From assembly GCA_043228905.1 (NCBI GenBank), contig JBHGNT010000005.1, positions 1,798,001 to 1,862,000 on the forward strand: DNA of 64,000 nt, given 5' to 3'. This DNA comes from Azolla caroliniana. Its lineage: Eukaryota > Plantae > Polypodiophyta. The position numbers and the translations under genes were made by a program. The notes beneath the pieces are model-generated. The model was given only the letters and a program-made list of their open reading frames with translations. It was not told the origin of the DNA and did no database searches. This document shows positions 37,931 through 50,787 of the stretch, one piece after another; positions within the stretch are counted from its first letter, which is position 1; every line of letters starts with the position of its first letter.

Positions 37931-40806
37931 CCTCCGACCAGGTTCCCTTCCCCACTGCCAACACCAGCAACACGAAGATGGAGAAGAAAGAGAAAAGGAA
38001 GCCCTCGCAAAGGAAGCAGGATGGGTCGACTCCCGCTCCATCCCAGTCAAGAAAGAAGCGACGAAGCTCAAGAGACGCAGCAGCAGAAGATGATAGTGAG
38101 GATGGCGGAGATGAACATGAAGAAGAAGAAGGAGATGATGATGATGATGAGGAGGAGGACGGCACAGAAAGTTCTAGAAGCAGTAGTAGTGATAAGGACT
38201 CCGATTCTGCAGTTGAAGATGACGATGATGATTATGGTGACGATGAAGGGAATGAGAGAGAACGTCCAGATTCTACAGCATTTGGTAGGGCTTTCAGGAA
38301 AATCATGAAGAAGAAGGTTCCTGAAACCTCTTTTACAGAAGCCATGGTAAGTTTCCCGCACACGAATAAGGAAAAGCAAAGAACACTCCGTTTTTTCTTT
38401 TAATTATCCAAATTTGCCAAAGTTTGCAATGCAGTAGGCATCTACAACCTGCCAAGATGTTTGTTTCGCATGTGAAATAGAAAAAATACCCTCTTTGTTT
38501 TTGAATCAATTTGGAATAAAAATGTATTTAATGGTCAGTTATGGTAAGTTTGCAGAGGAAAGCAAGGGTCAATTTTCAGTTGCAGTATTATTAAATGCTT
38601 TCTAGTTCCATTACATAGGATATCTCATCAAAAGAAAAGGGATAGGAAAAATCTGAAAAGGTTTGTTTGTTTTAAACATTGGAAAATGCAGGGTCCAATG
38701 CTATGTGCTCACAAGAATCTGGTTACAATGAAACTAGAAGAGATGGTTGCGCTGAAGGAGTCAAAGACTGAACGGAAGAGAGAGAAACAAGCGGTAATTT
38801 ACTCTTTATTCGTCTGAAACTCTTCAGATGAATCCGAACTATTTTAAAACTCTTCATCTGTTTTGCAATATTTTTTTATGAGACTGAATTATATACATCT
38901 AGAACACTGCTTTCTTTTTAATTAGGTGAATCTGAAATATGCATAATCCTCGTAACAGTAAGGACATATTCAGAGCATCATGTCTGGAGAAATTCCATGG
39001 TTCATATGCATATTTATTGTAATTCCCATGAATCATACACATGAGTTGATGAAGTTAAATCGAGGAATAATACAATACATGCCAACTTATGTGAAGTCTT
39101 TTGAGGCATTACTAGAAGTTAAATTTACCTCACATCCTAATCATCATATTCTAACAGAGAGCCTCCACAAAAATATATTATGTTGATTTATTGTAAACTG
39201 GTTATTATTTTGAATAACTTCTTTGTATTTCGTTTGAATCTTGTCTCAATATTCACAAAATATGCGTCGATACATGCTTTGGAGTGATACCATATATTGT
39301 TCCAATGCATTCATTTTCTTTACTTCTAGATATAAATCATAGAGAAACGTGTTTATTTCCTTCCAGATACGAGAGAAAGGCCACACAACTATAACTGTTT
39401 ATCCTGCTGCTAAAGATCGAGAGCTTATCAAACTTGCTACAAGGGGAGGTTAGAGGACTGGTTTGAAATTGCAGTTTTCAAACTTCATTATTGATTTTTT
39501 AAAATATATTTCTGGAACATAACCATTCTAATGTTCTCATTTCTTCTGTAATACTAGTGGTGAAGCTATTCAATGCGGTAATTATCTTTTTACTATCATT
39601 TCTCACATAATGGAGTTTTGATAGCATCATTGTTAGAAATGTCTGCTTGAAATAATTAATTACAAACAACAGGTTAGCAAGGCGCAATCTGTACAAGCAG
39701 CAGCAAAAGTATCAAAGGAAGCTGAAACCAAAGGTAACTAACTAAACATATAGAAAACTCGTTTCCCCTCTTTAACTACCTCTTTATGATAACACCAGTT
39801 TCTCATTTGCTTTTATTTTTTTGCTTGAAGAGGTGGCGAAGCGAAGCAAGTCAGCCTTTCTGGCAACGTTGCAAGGGGATAATGCCATTGCATCAGAAGC
39901 AGAGAAGAAAACTGAAGGTCTAAATAAGGTATTCTTTGTTTTTTGTGCTTTTATGGAATCTTATATCAATGGTTTTCAAGATATGTGAACTGTAATTTAG
40001 TGTTCTTTTGAATAGAACCAACAAATTTATCACTCTTTGGCGCTTTGGCAATTCACTCTAAAAATACATTTTTAAGAAAATGTGATGACCCATATATTTG
40101 TGCTTATTTGACATTGCATAAAGTAGAAGTTTTTACAATCACATATAACGAAACTTCAAATAATTGAGATAATTATCACTTGATGATCAATGCTAATTTC
40201 AATGGTGTCAATCCACTGATAAATTCTCAATACATAATAACGTTAGAATGGTCAATGTAGCAAAACAATGTAACCTATACTGTCATAAAAAACATCAGAT
40301 GTGAAATAATTATGTTTATGGTTTAGTGCAAGCTTACTGTGAATAACTATTATTTTCTTACTCTTAAGATGTGAGTATAGTGAAGATCTCTTTCTTTATT
40401 CAAGTAACATAGTTAATACTGATAGTGGATGGCCTTAGTAATGCATTTTCTTTTGGAATTTTCAATGGAAGCTTGATTTCTTATTGTGAGAACTTAATTT
40501 CGCAAGGGCACTGAACAACAACCAGGGTGGTCAGCTTTACAAGACAGTTTCATGCTTGGCAAATCTAAGCTAAAAGATTGGGACAAAAAACAAGTAATTC
40601 GTGATAAATAACCATATACTTTCTTTTCGTTTTTTCATTGGAGTTTTTGGCAATCTTAGGTTATGAAGTTTGAAAAGCATGAATCTATATTTTGTGAAAG
40701 GGTTTCAACTCTCAGTTAACATTCCTTGCCATGTACTTTTTCATCATTTTAGGATGGAGATGGGGATATGGAGGATTTAGAAAGTACTGATGATGACAGT
40801 CAGTAA
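37831..40806 (+). CDS. RRP15: RRP15-like ribosome biogenesis protein (acidic N-terminus), 8 exons
   Basis: Exons 37831-38346, 38692-38793, 39367-39448, 39558-39577, 39673-39733, 39831-39928, 40507-40593, 40753-40806. Spliced product contains KLATRGVVKLFNAVSKAQ and WSALQDSFMLGKSKLKDWDK, the Rrp15p-type motifs. Confidence 0.88.
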
Positions 40807-42809
40807 AAAAAACAGAATGTATGATGAGGATTCGTCCAGCGTCTCTTCATTTTATTCCCAGAATACTAATAATCAGAATCAATGTTGCAGTCAGAGGATG
40901 AGAGTAAAACTTGTGGCCATGCTTCTTGATGCATGGCAAGTATAGAAGAGAAGATTCATGGATGTCTAAAATTTTGTAATTTTCCCCAGAAAGCTGCAAA
41001 ATAGAATAGCATCCATTAGTGTGAATACACAAGTTTTTTTTTGAAGGGGGGGGGGAGGGGGGGTGATATGTACACTGAAGCAACTATTGATGATAAATTT
41101 TGACATGAGATTTTTAACCTTGATTTTCTTCATCTTAATCAAAATTAAAAAGATCCTAAAGCATTCAATTTATTGATGTGAAGGATGAATGACTGTAAAT
41201 TTATATTGGTACCTTGTTTCAAGCGCTTGAGTTCCCAGAAATTTAGCTATTGAGTTCCCAGAAATGATTTAACTAATCTGATTGTATGATTGTAGTTACG
41301 GTGTGTAATCTTGTTCACTCTCTCATACAATACTCTTGAAACAAAGCATACTGAGATATCTTAATATGAGGTAATTATCTTTCACGTTTGATGGCTGTTT
41401 TTGTTGAAGATGAACAATGGTATGATGAGGTGGATATATCTCTAGAGATTCAGAGCATTATTGTGGGAATGTATCTCCTTAGTCTGCACTGCCTATGATT
41501 GGAGTTAGACCCTATATGTAAAGTTGTGATCATGTCACTTCCAAGTTGGATGATTATCTGCTTCACCTCCAACACCAGTTGATTATATGTTGATCTAAAA
41601 TCATGATTTGTATCTTAGCTCCATCATAGATAAAGAGTGAACTTTTGGATTTTGAAATCATAGATAAGGGAAACTTTGTTTTTATTAATCTTATTAGAGT
41701 CCAAGGCATGTTCACTTTTCTAGGGCAGAGTAAAGAACAAATTAAGTCATAGTCTCAAGAGTTTACATTCCTTAATTGACAATTCACATTGGTGACTTAT
41801 TATGGTGTAACTAGTCTCAATTAGTTGCCTAAGATAGAACTAGTGTAACTATGTGAAGTTACTTAACGGTTTTTTGTCTTCTCTCCTACTGAATTGTGCT
41901 TGAATTAGAGAGGGACAAGCATAGCTTGTGAATGGGATCTACATAAAGAGAGTCATGATGAGATGTAGATAACTGTTGGGTAGTTGACAAGTCGAGCTCT
42001 TCATGAAAGTATTACTAGTTATGAGCAACATATTCATATTCTTGCATTACATGGTTATGATTAGGGCACTGTTATGTTTATACATCTATCTAGCTTTAAG
42101 TTGTGTCATTGTGGGGTGATATTTCATCTTGTGTTTTAAGACATTGTGTGGGTTGTCTTCGAAGGGTGGAGCAAGTGGGAAAATGTCTTTTTAGGCCACC
42201 TAATCTGAACTTTGTAGGAGTTGAGACCTCAATTGGAGCCTAACGGAATAAAACAAAATGTTACCAATGGTTTATGGGAAATCTATTGAATCGGAATTGA
42301 GGGCGGATTCCAGAACCATTAGTATTGCTAAACATTCACCTGAATTCCGAGTAAGTTTCCAAACATTACCAGAATACACATATAATGCAGCACACAATTG
42401 ACGATTCGTGCAACAGAGGGGTATTCTGCATAATTTTGAAAACACCGGCTTTATTTTCTAGTGTTTTTAGCAAATTTATACTTCAAACTAACCTCGATGT
42501 CTTCGTGGGACAATACTCTGTTCTAAAAGCTCTGCTTCCTGCCATTTCAGACGAGTCCGTCTCAGAAGAGCCTCTGTGCTGCTGAACTGTAAGTTTGTTT
42601 ATATGATTAAAGAAAATGAAAAAAATCATTTCATGTGTGTGGATGTGTACATTTGTGAGCTAGCTAATGGGGGGGGGGGGGGGGGGCGAGGGGTTTGATC
42701 AAATTGTGAAGATTATTGAGGTTCTATGTGTAAATCTGTATGAACGTATATATGTATCCATAAATACTCACACGTATATGTTTATGGTACATGTACATAC
42801 AAGAATGAA

Positions 42810-43200
42810 TGACAAGATGAAATGATAGGTTTGGAAAGATATGGAATGGATGTGACAAGGATCCATGCATCTAACATAAGATATGATTTTGCTCTGGATG
42901 ATGCCATGAACGTATTACCAGATGGAATGGTATATTTGGCAAGATTTGAACGCAACAAGGACCAATGCATCTAATGTAAGAAATGCTAAGAAACTTGCAT
43001 TGGATAATTCAATGAATGATCTACAAGATGGAATGATAGGTTTGGAAAGATTCAGATGAGACAAGGACCAATGCATGTACTATTAGAAATTTCGAGGAAT
43101 TTTCATTTGATAATACCGTGAATTATAAGGTAGAAAGATAGATTTTCAAAAGATTGGATGAAAAAGAATCAATGCATCTAACATAAGAAATACTGAGGAT
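42810..43200. repeat. Degenerate ~100-110 bp tandem repeat upstream of the PPR exon
   Basis: Repeated gatg.aatgataggtttggaaagat...acaagga.c.atgcatctaa units (about 4 copies). Confidence 0.7.
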
Positions 43201-43961
43201 TAGGATTATACATTTGAAAGCTCCATGTCACATGAATGTTTAACTTGCGTTTGAATTTTTGAATACCTATATTGTAGGGTTCCCCTCATTGTTGTCCTTA
43301 AGTGGTGATTTAGTTTTTGCATTCTGTTTCTTTACAGGATTAACTAGTCACTACAACAATGCCAGAGCAGATGATATACATAGCACAGAAAAAGCTCAAC
43401 ACTTGACGAATACATGATATTTGACACATGTAAAAAAACAAATTCAATGGTTACTAACCATTTTTAGTTTTTGCCTCACGTCAATATTAGGTCATTATAA
43501 ATATTGCAAAATCCAATTTTTTCTGCTACTATTATTCATTATTAATTTCTTGTAAGAGTGTCCTATGCCACTCACCTTCCGTCGTGTTCATACCATCAGT
43601 GTTGATCAGAAAGTGGTTATTTCTCCAAGTCACATTTGCAATAGCTCTCTCAACACTGTTATTCCTGATGACCCCAATCGAGTTCACATGCTATGGATTT
43701 CTTATTTTACAGCTAAATTTCAGTGGTATGACATTAGCAACACTAAGGTTAGAAACATTCTGTATATCTATCGTCAAGCTGGTTTTCTATTCTTTTATGT
43801 TTTCTTTGTGGAATTGTTTGTTATAATTCTTTAGATTTTTTTTTTTGATGTTGTTATTCTAAGCTTGGCTTTTCTTTTTGTTCAAGTTTTGATATAGATC
43901 TGCTTTATTACAGATCTGTTCTAAATCTCCAGACTTCAAACACAAAATCACTAAGGATTTT

Positions 43962-45665
43962 TTGTGGGTTGACAACTGGTACACTCCATCTTGGGTTTTC
44001 CAAGAGCTGAAAAGAGGAAGGGGAAAGGATGCAAATACTGTTGGCAGTGATAACAATGAGTGTGTTGCTATTGTAGATTTATTGAAGGATTGTGCCAAGA
44101 GAAAGGATCTATGCAAGGGAAGTCAAGCCCATGTAGATATTCTAAAAAGGGGTCTATTTGAGAAGAGTCCTTATGTAGGAAGTACTTTAGTTAGTATGTA
44201 TGCCAAATGTGGCGCAGTGGAAAAAGCGAAAAAGGTATTGGAAAATCTTCCTATCCGGAATGTCATATCTTGGTCTGCGTTAATCTCAGGATATGCACAA
44301 CATGGGCATGGTGAAGAAGCATTGCATTGTTTCGAAACAATGAAAAGTGAGGGATTCTCCCCAGATGCTATCACTTTTACTTCTGTTTTGAATGCATGTG
44401 CTACTATGAAATTCCTTGACAAGGGCATAGACATTCATTATGAAATTGTAGGTAAGAGATTATTAGGAAAGCATATTTCCTTAGACAATGCTTTGATTGA
44501 TATGTATGCTAAATGTGGTGCATTGGAAAAAGCACAAAAGGTTCTAGATGAGCTACATTCTCGAGACGTGGTCTCATGGTCAACACTCATCACAGGATTT
44601 GCTCATCATGACCGGGGTGAAGAAGCACTCCTTTGCTATAAACTAATGCAAAGTGAATGTATCTGCCCGAATGTGGTCACTTGGATTTGTGTGTTGAAGG
44701 CGTGTGGTGGTCTGAAAGCATTAGATAAGGGTAAACACATACACAATGAAATTGAAAAGAAAGCATCAATAACAGGAGAAGATATTGTGCTTGGAAATGC
44801 ACTGGTCGATATGTATGCCAAATGTGACGCGATTGCTGAAGCTCGGCATTCACTTAATAAGCTTCGTGGTCGAGATGTTGTCTCGTGGTCTTCACTTATT
44901 GCAGGATATATCCAGCAAGGGCAGAATGAGGATGCACTCATGTGTTTCAAAGAAATGCAAATCGAAGGGCTCTGTCCAGACGCGATCACATTTTCGTATA
45001 TCTTGAAGGCATGTGGCAGTATCGGAGCAATTGAGAAGGGCAAGGAAGTTCACGATGAGGTTGCAAATAAGGGAATTTTGAGAAATGATACCACTCTTGG
45101 CACTGCATTGGTGGATATGTATGCTAAATGTGGGGCTCTTGGAAGAGCACGCAAAGTGCTGAATGAGCTTTCTAAGCGTAATGTAGCCATGTGGAATGCA
45201 TTAATCTCAGGATATGCCCAACATGGGCAAGGTGAGGAAGCATTGGAATGTTTCAAGCAAATGCTACATGATGGGATGAGTCCAGATGCTATCACCTATG
45301 TATGTTTGCTGAATGCATGTACACACTCGGCTCTCGTGGATGAGGGCCAGATGTGCTTTGCTGAAATGATCAAGAGCTATGATATTACACCAAACCCCGA
45401 ACATTATGCTTGCATGGTAAATCTTTTCGGCCGAGTGGGGCACTTTGAGAAAGCTACAGATGTAATCACAAAAATGCCCTCTTCGGATTATCGTCCAGTT
45501 TGGAGTGCATTGTTGGGTTCTTGCCAAAACTGGGGAAATTTGAACCTGGGCAAATTAGTTTTTGAACACGCGACGCAGCTAGATGGTAATTATAGTGCAA
45601 GTTATATCTCATTGAGCAATATTTATGCAACTGCTAGTATGCATGATGAATGTGGAAAAGCTTGA
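43962..45665 (+). CDS. PLS-class pentatricopeptide repeat protein with E domain (organellar RNA-editing factor type); true start uncertain
   Basis: Repeated NALVDMYAKCG...RDVVSWS.LI.GY...PDAITF..L.AC P-L-S triplets, then HYACMVNLFGRVG...VWSALLGSC...SYISLSNIYA. The ORF begins at a non-ATG codon, so upstream exons are likely (donor at 42588, acceptors near 43338 and 43897). Confidence 0.93.
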   Translation: MWVDNWYTPSWVFQELKRGRGKDANTVGSDNNECVAIVDLLKDCAKRKDLCKGSQAHVDILKRGLFEKSPYVGSTLVSMYAKCGAVEKAKKVLENLPIRNVISWSALISGYAQHGHGEEALHCFETMKSEGFSPDAITFTSVLNACATMKFLDKGIDIHYEIVGKRLLGKHISLDNALIDMYAKCGALEKAQKVLDELHSRDVVSWSTLITGFAHHDRGEEALLCYKLMQSECICPNVVTWICVLKACGGLKALDKGKHIHNEIEKKASITGEDIVLGNALVDMYAKCDAIAEARHSLNKLRGRDVVSWSSLIAGYIQQGQNEDALMCFKEMQIEGLCPDAITFSYILKACGSIGAIEKGKEVHDEVANKGILRNDTTLGTALVDMYAKCGALGRARKVLNELSKRNVAMWNALISGYAQHGQGEEALECFKQMLHDGMSPDAITYVCLLNACTHSALVDEGQMCFAEMIKSYDITPNPEHYACMVNLFGRVGHFEKATDVITKMPSSDYRPVWSALLGSCQNWGNLNLGKLVFEHATQLDGNYSASYISLSNIYATASMHDECGKA

Positions 45666-48420
45666 AGCTATGAGGAGATTGAAATAAATTCCATTCAAGT
45701 ACATGGAGGATGTCACTTGAATTAAGAGTTAGAATGCATCCGAAAACAAAATGCTGTCATTATCTGCAAACCACATAAACAAGGAAAGAGTCTCAAACAT
45801 ATTTTGAAGTACAAAAATCTTGAATGTGAATTTTGGGATGTCTATTTGTGGTGACGTAAAAACAACATTACATTGCCGAAGAGATGCTGCTTTGGTTTAA
45901 TGGTTTGTAACAGCACGTGAAAGGACAAAAGTTACTGGCATTTTGCATCAAGGGTGTGCGCATAGGCTTGAAATCACATGATTGGCATATGCTAATACAA
46001 TTTAATATTTGCCTATTTTTTGTGTGGGAATGGTTCAATTGAAGAATGCTTGTGCAGGAAACAAAAGATTGTGCACATATGAATTTTTTTGTTGGTCTAG
46101 AGTTGCGGTATGCCTTTGGGGTGTTGAATAATCCCATTTTCATTCCAAAATGATTTGATAAAAATCATAATGGCCTCCTTTTGGAAGTAATATATGCCAA
46201 AATACATTGGCTTCATATTGATTTTCATATTCTATATATGCACAACTAGACGGAAATAATATGAGAGAGCATACATAAATTCCCATGATATGAGAGAGCA
46301 TACATAAACTTTATCAAAATTATCTACCCAAATATCACCTACATGTCACGCCAATAACACACAAACAAAAGTGTTGATTAGTACTTTTTTGTGAGCATAA
46401 AACATATCACTAAATTTATTGGGAAGTAATTTCAATGATTCAAAAAACATTTGAGTGCTTTGAAGAAATTTTCAAGCAAGGACAAATGTAAACTATCAAT
46501 TGCTTGTAGGTAGTAGTTGTCATACGAGAGTTGGAAAACACCTTGAACCTTAGTACATTTGCCATACATGGCAAGACACACACAAATACTCTAAAACTGT
46601 ATATATATATATACACACATGTATATCAAAGTTTTTATAACCTTTTTTTGTTACTCTTATTTGAATAATGTTGTACAATATTGTTTCAATTGAACTTGTA
46701 GCATTCAAGACAATGAATATTGTGTTGCCAATATTCTTTTTCTCTTTTTGTGTCTACAAATATGGTCACGCACACACATAATGACAAAGACATCTAAATA
46801 TGAACCATCAAAGTTCCAAAACAAGTGCAACATTCACAAAAGAGTAGAATGTTATTATTTGTAGGACCAAATCCCCAAAGACGAGGTCAAGATAAGTGTT
46901 GGTATGATGTCTCGTGTCATGATATTGAACTCACATGAATTCAAAACGTTAACTTAGGGTCATTTTTTGCATTGTTATTTGAGCAAATTCACACAAGAAA
47001 AAATGCATTTCAAAGGAGACCACATATTTTCAAGAAGAATCAATGAGAGTTTCAATGAGATGTGCAAACACAATATTGGGAAAGGTTAAAGGCTAGATTC
47101 AAAGGAAATTTCAACGTGGCTTAAAAATAATGCCTGAAGCTATTAGTACAAGTTTGAGTATGTTATCTACGAAGGTAACAATAAATTAAGAGTGTTCTAA
47201 GGTGTGTGCATGTTGTGATGAAGGTTCATGTGGGAGTTTGACATGAGACAATGATAGGCAAAGGGTAAATAAGAGCAATAAAGGGCAAATGGACTTGTTA
47301 CTAAATAGTGACGCCAAAAGAGAATGGTAAGTGTTGTAGCCTACAATAAGGTTATAAGCCGTCCCTATAAATAAGCCAAAACAATCATCCAATTGAGCAC
47401 TACATTTACTACTGAAGGTTGTAGTAGTACCCTATAAATAATCTTCACGCATAACGAGTAGATTTTATGTGCTAGACAAATCTTCAGAATCAAGTGGAGT
47501 GTGCGAGAGGATTTTTTCCTAGAGAGAGAGAGAGATGCGAACACCAAGTGATACGAAGTCTAAGTAGTACAAACAAACATCACTACTATGAAGGCAAAGA
47601 CTTGCTATGTGTTTCCCTTACATTTGACTTCTTTTACAGTTAGTTAACTAGTGGGATGATTGAGGTTTTCAAATTTAATTGTATTAAACACCTTAGGTGT
47701 GGCAGACAAGTATGATCGATATTTATAAATTTTGTCTGATTAATTGGTTCTTGGACAAACTTTAATTGCAACAAACATGAATAAGTTAGAACAACAAATG
47801 ACGTTGAGACATTTATCATCAATCCACCATTGCATACACTAGAATATAGACCAAAACATATTATTTGACAAGGTAGAAAAATGATCAAGGAATGTGATCA
47901 ACACAAAACGAATTCCATGCATGAACCCATTTAGTTATCTTAAGCCAACGTATAAACAAGGGACAATATATGTCTAGAACTACAAAGGAACATGACTCTG
48001 AAGAATGAGGAACTAGGGCTATCAAGCCCAAAAAGAAAAAGCGTTGCACATTCAATATAATCCTCAAGAGTGCGTGTATATAAACACATGAGTGTACGCC
48101 TTTCCATATTTCCTAAAGCAGGCAAAAGCACTGAAATGGCTCTAAGTTTAATCTCAAGAACACACAAAGGCGACTCCTCTTTAGTACTCGCTACAAAAGG
48201 GTATTGTAGGTAATTTTGGAAAACGCAAGACATCGTAATCGTGATAAAAGTGCTGACACAGATGGATGCGATATACTACAAATAAAGCTGAGATAGCACC
48301 GACCGTTTGTTCTCGTAATGTTGAATGAGAAAACCACTCTTTGCAAGATGACTTTACTAGAAAGGGGTAATTGGGATAATTTCGGAAAACATATATGAAA
48401 GGGTATTGGCCAAATTAACT

Positions 48421-48507
48421 ATACATACACACACACACACACACACACACATACATACATATTCATCCATACATACATACACACATACATACTGATACAT
48501 ACATATT

Positions 48508-48544
<37 letters not shown>

Positions 48545-48572
48545 ACATACATACATACATACATACATACAT
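48421..48572. repeat. (AC)n/(ATAC)n microsatellite
   Basis: Low-complexity repeat. Confidence 0.95.
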
Positions 48573-48740
48573 GATGGTGATGATGATGTATGTTGAGAGA
48601 ATCGTGATGGACACACACACACATAAGAGAGGATGGAAAGCAAGAGGTTGTGGAGTTCACAAAGAAGAGCTCCAATCCTGAGGGGTATTCTGTGTAAATT
48701 CTTGGAAACCTTTTGAGGGTATTCATCAGCATTTACTCCT

Positions 48741-48812
48741 TGTTTCTTCTCTATGCCTGTCATGATTCCAAATCAGTAGATTTGGAATCATGACAGGCGT
48801 AGAGAAGAAACA
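48741..48812. repeat. 34-bp-arm inverted repeat (hairpin), 4-nt loop
   Basis: tgtttcttctctatgcctgtcatgattccaaatc-agta-gatttggaatcatgacaggcgtagagaagaaaca; the single mismatch is a G:U pair on the + strand. Confidence 0.93.
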
Positions 48813-50787
48813 GATACATACATATATGATATTATTATATATATATTGGGAATCATGACAGTCAGAGAGAAGAAACAAATGCACAGTTTTAGCAGTTTGA
48901 GAAAGACAAATAGTAGATAGATGGATAGAGAGAGAGAGAGCTTGTTTTTCCTTGCTTTTTTCCTTTTTACTTTTGACAATATATAATCGGAGTAATAATA
49001 TATAGCTCATATTAGGGGTTTAGGTAAAATATATAGCTAGGTTTGATTATTCTACAGGGAGGAATCTCTTATATGTACATTATACATATATGTTGGGTCT
49101 TTCTAGACTATCATCATCACGTTCATCCATCAGTCAGTCAGTCATTCACTCACTCCCGTCATTATTCTAACATTATTAACCTAATAAATATTCATAAGAT
49201 CAATCCTCATTTTCACATGTAAAAAGTATAGTGATGTATTTATCTCTTTAACCTTTTATCTATTTATTATCTTCTGGTAAACCCTAAACCCCCTTAGAAA
49301 GAAAAAACAAGGGAAAAATCAAAACATCACCAAAAAAAGCATACATATTCAGCTCTTTCTCGTAACTCTTTACACTAAAAGCATGGTATATATGTGAGTG
49401 TATGTATATAAATTTTGTTTTTGTCTTTATATTAGAAAAAGGGGAACATAATAATGATGCATTTGAAATATAATGTAAAAATACGTTGTAACACAAAAAA
49501 ATCCCATTTAAAATTAATGAATGCATTCATAGGATCAATGGTCAATCATCATCAGATTTTGAGAAAATATCAATGTCTTTCAACCAATGAGATGTGCTCT
49601 CTTTTATTTATTTATTCTCATAGGCAAAATTTGTTTTATGATTGTGACAGGAGTACCTATGGCTTTCTTTTATATTCTTCATTCAGTATCTCGTCATCAA
49701 CAATTTGATATCGTAAGCCCTTGGGTAAGCAAGGTTTTATTTTTTGACAGGATAGTTATAGTTCTTTCTTGTCGATGCTTCATTCGTGTTTACAATACTT
49801 TTCTTAGTGTTATTGTTCCTTTCTCTTTATTGCCCTTTTGATTGTTCATACATTCAGTCGTTGTTTTTGCATACTCTAGGGGGCTGAGCATCTAGGGAAA
49901 TAGCAAAAACTTTGGGGGCCAATATTCCAGAATTCCTCCATGAATTCATTTCTGTGCGAAAATCCCAAGTTTTGCAGAAAAACCAAAGATAGAGAGGTTA
50001 ACCAGGACATTCGGAGATGGAAAGAAAATATAGAGGTATTTGTGGAAATGAAGAAAACTTTAGGGGTGCTATGCTGGAGGTTTTCCCCATTAATGTATAC
50101 TTGGGGACATGTTTCTATACAAGTTGGGAAAACAGTGTCATGCCCTCTTTGTGATTCCATGATCATCTACTGTGAAACACTTCAATTAGAGATTTAGATG
50201 TTTAAGAGGAGATTCGTTCAAATTTGATGCTATCTTGGTTTTAGTATGTTGTATTATACAAAGTGAATGAACTTCTTGTGGCTGTGAATCGTTGCATTTT
50301 TTACACTTATATCCCTATATGCATTTTCCACATGTAAGGTTGTTAATTAATTTAAGCTTTTAAGCTCAGTGACAAGAAGATACCTGAAATTAAGCTTAGA
50401 ATTTCTTTCAGTAAAATGGAGATACGATATTGATTTTCATTGTAGCTGTACAGTACAATCTATCTCACCATGAGTGTTTTGATCCTCAAAGAATGTTAAG
50501 AGGTGATGAATGATTGCCTCTAGAGTTGTGTAATGAGATTTTTCTGTTTCCTGTTTGATTAGTATCTGTTTACGTGGTAACATAAACAATTCTATCTTTA
50601 TATTCTCAAGCACATAATATGCACTAAATATTGATTTGTTTTCCTCTATCAATAAGCTTGAAAGGATGCTCGATTTCTATCAAAAGAGCTAAAGTCATCA
50701 TGGAAATGCTAACTTTACTGTAAAAGTATTGATGACCTTGAAATGGAAGATTGAGAGAATCAGCATCCTTCAGTTCTCATGTGAACT

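Noticed and set aside
46840-48400. Possible decayed transposase region
   Set aside because: Fragmentary ORFs with no supportable family assignment
48790-48812. TGACAG-starting 21-mer resembling miR156/miR535
   Set aside because: Only the first 6 nt match; not a conserved miRNA
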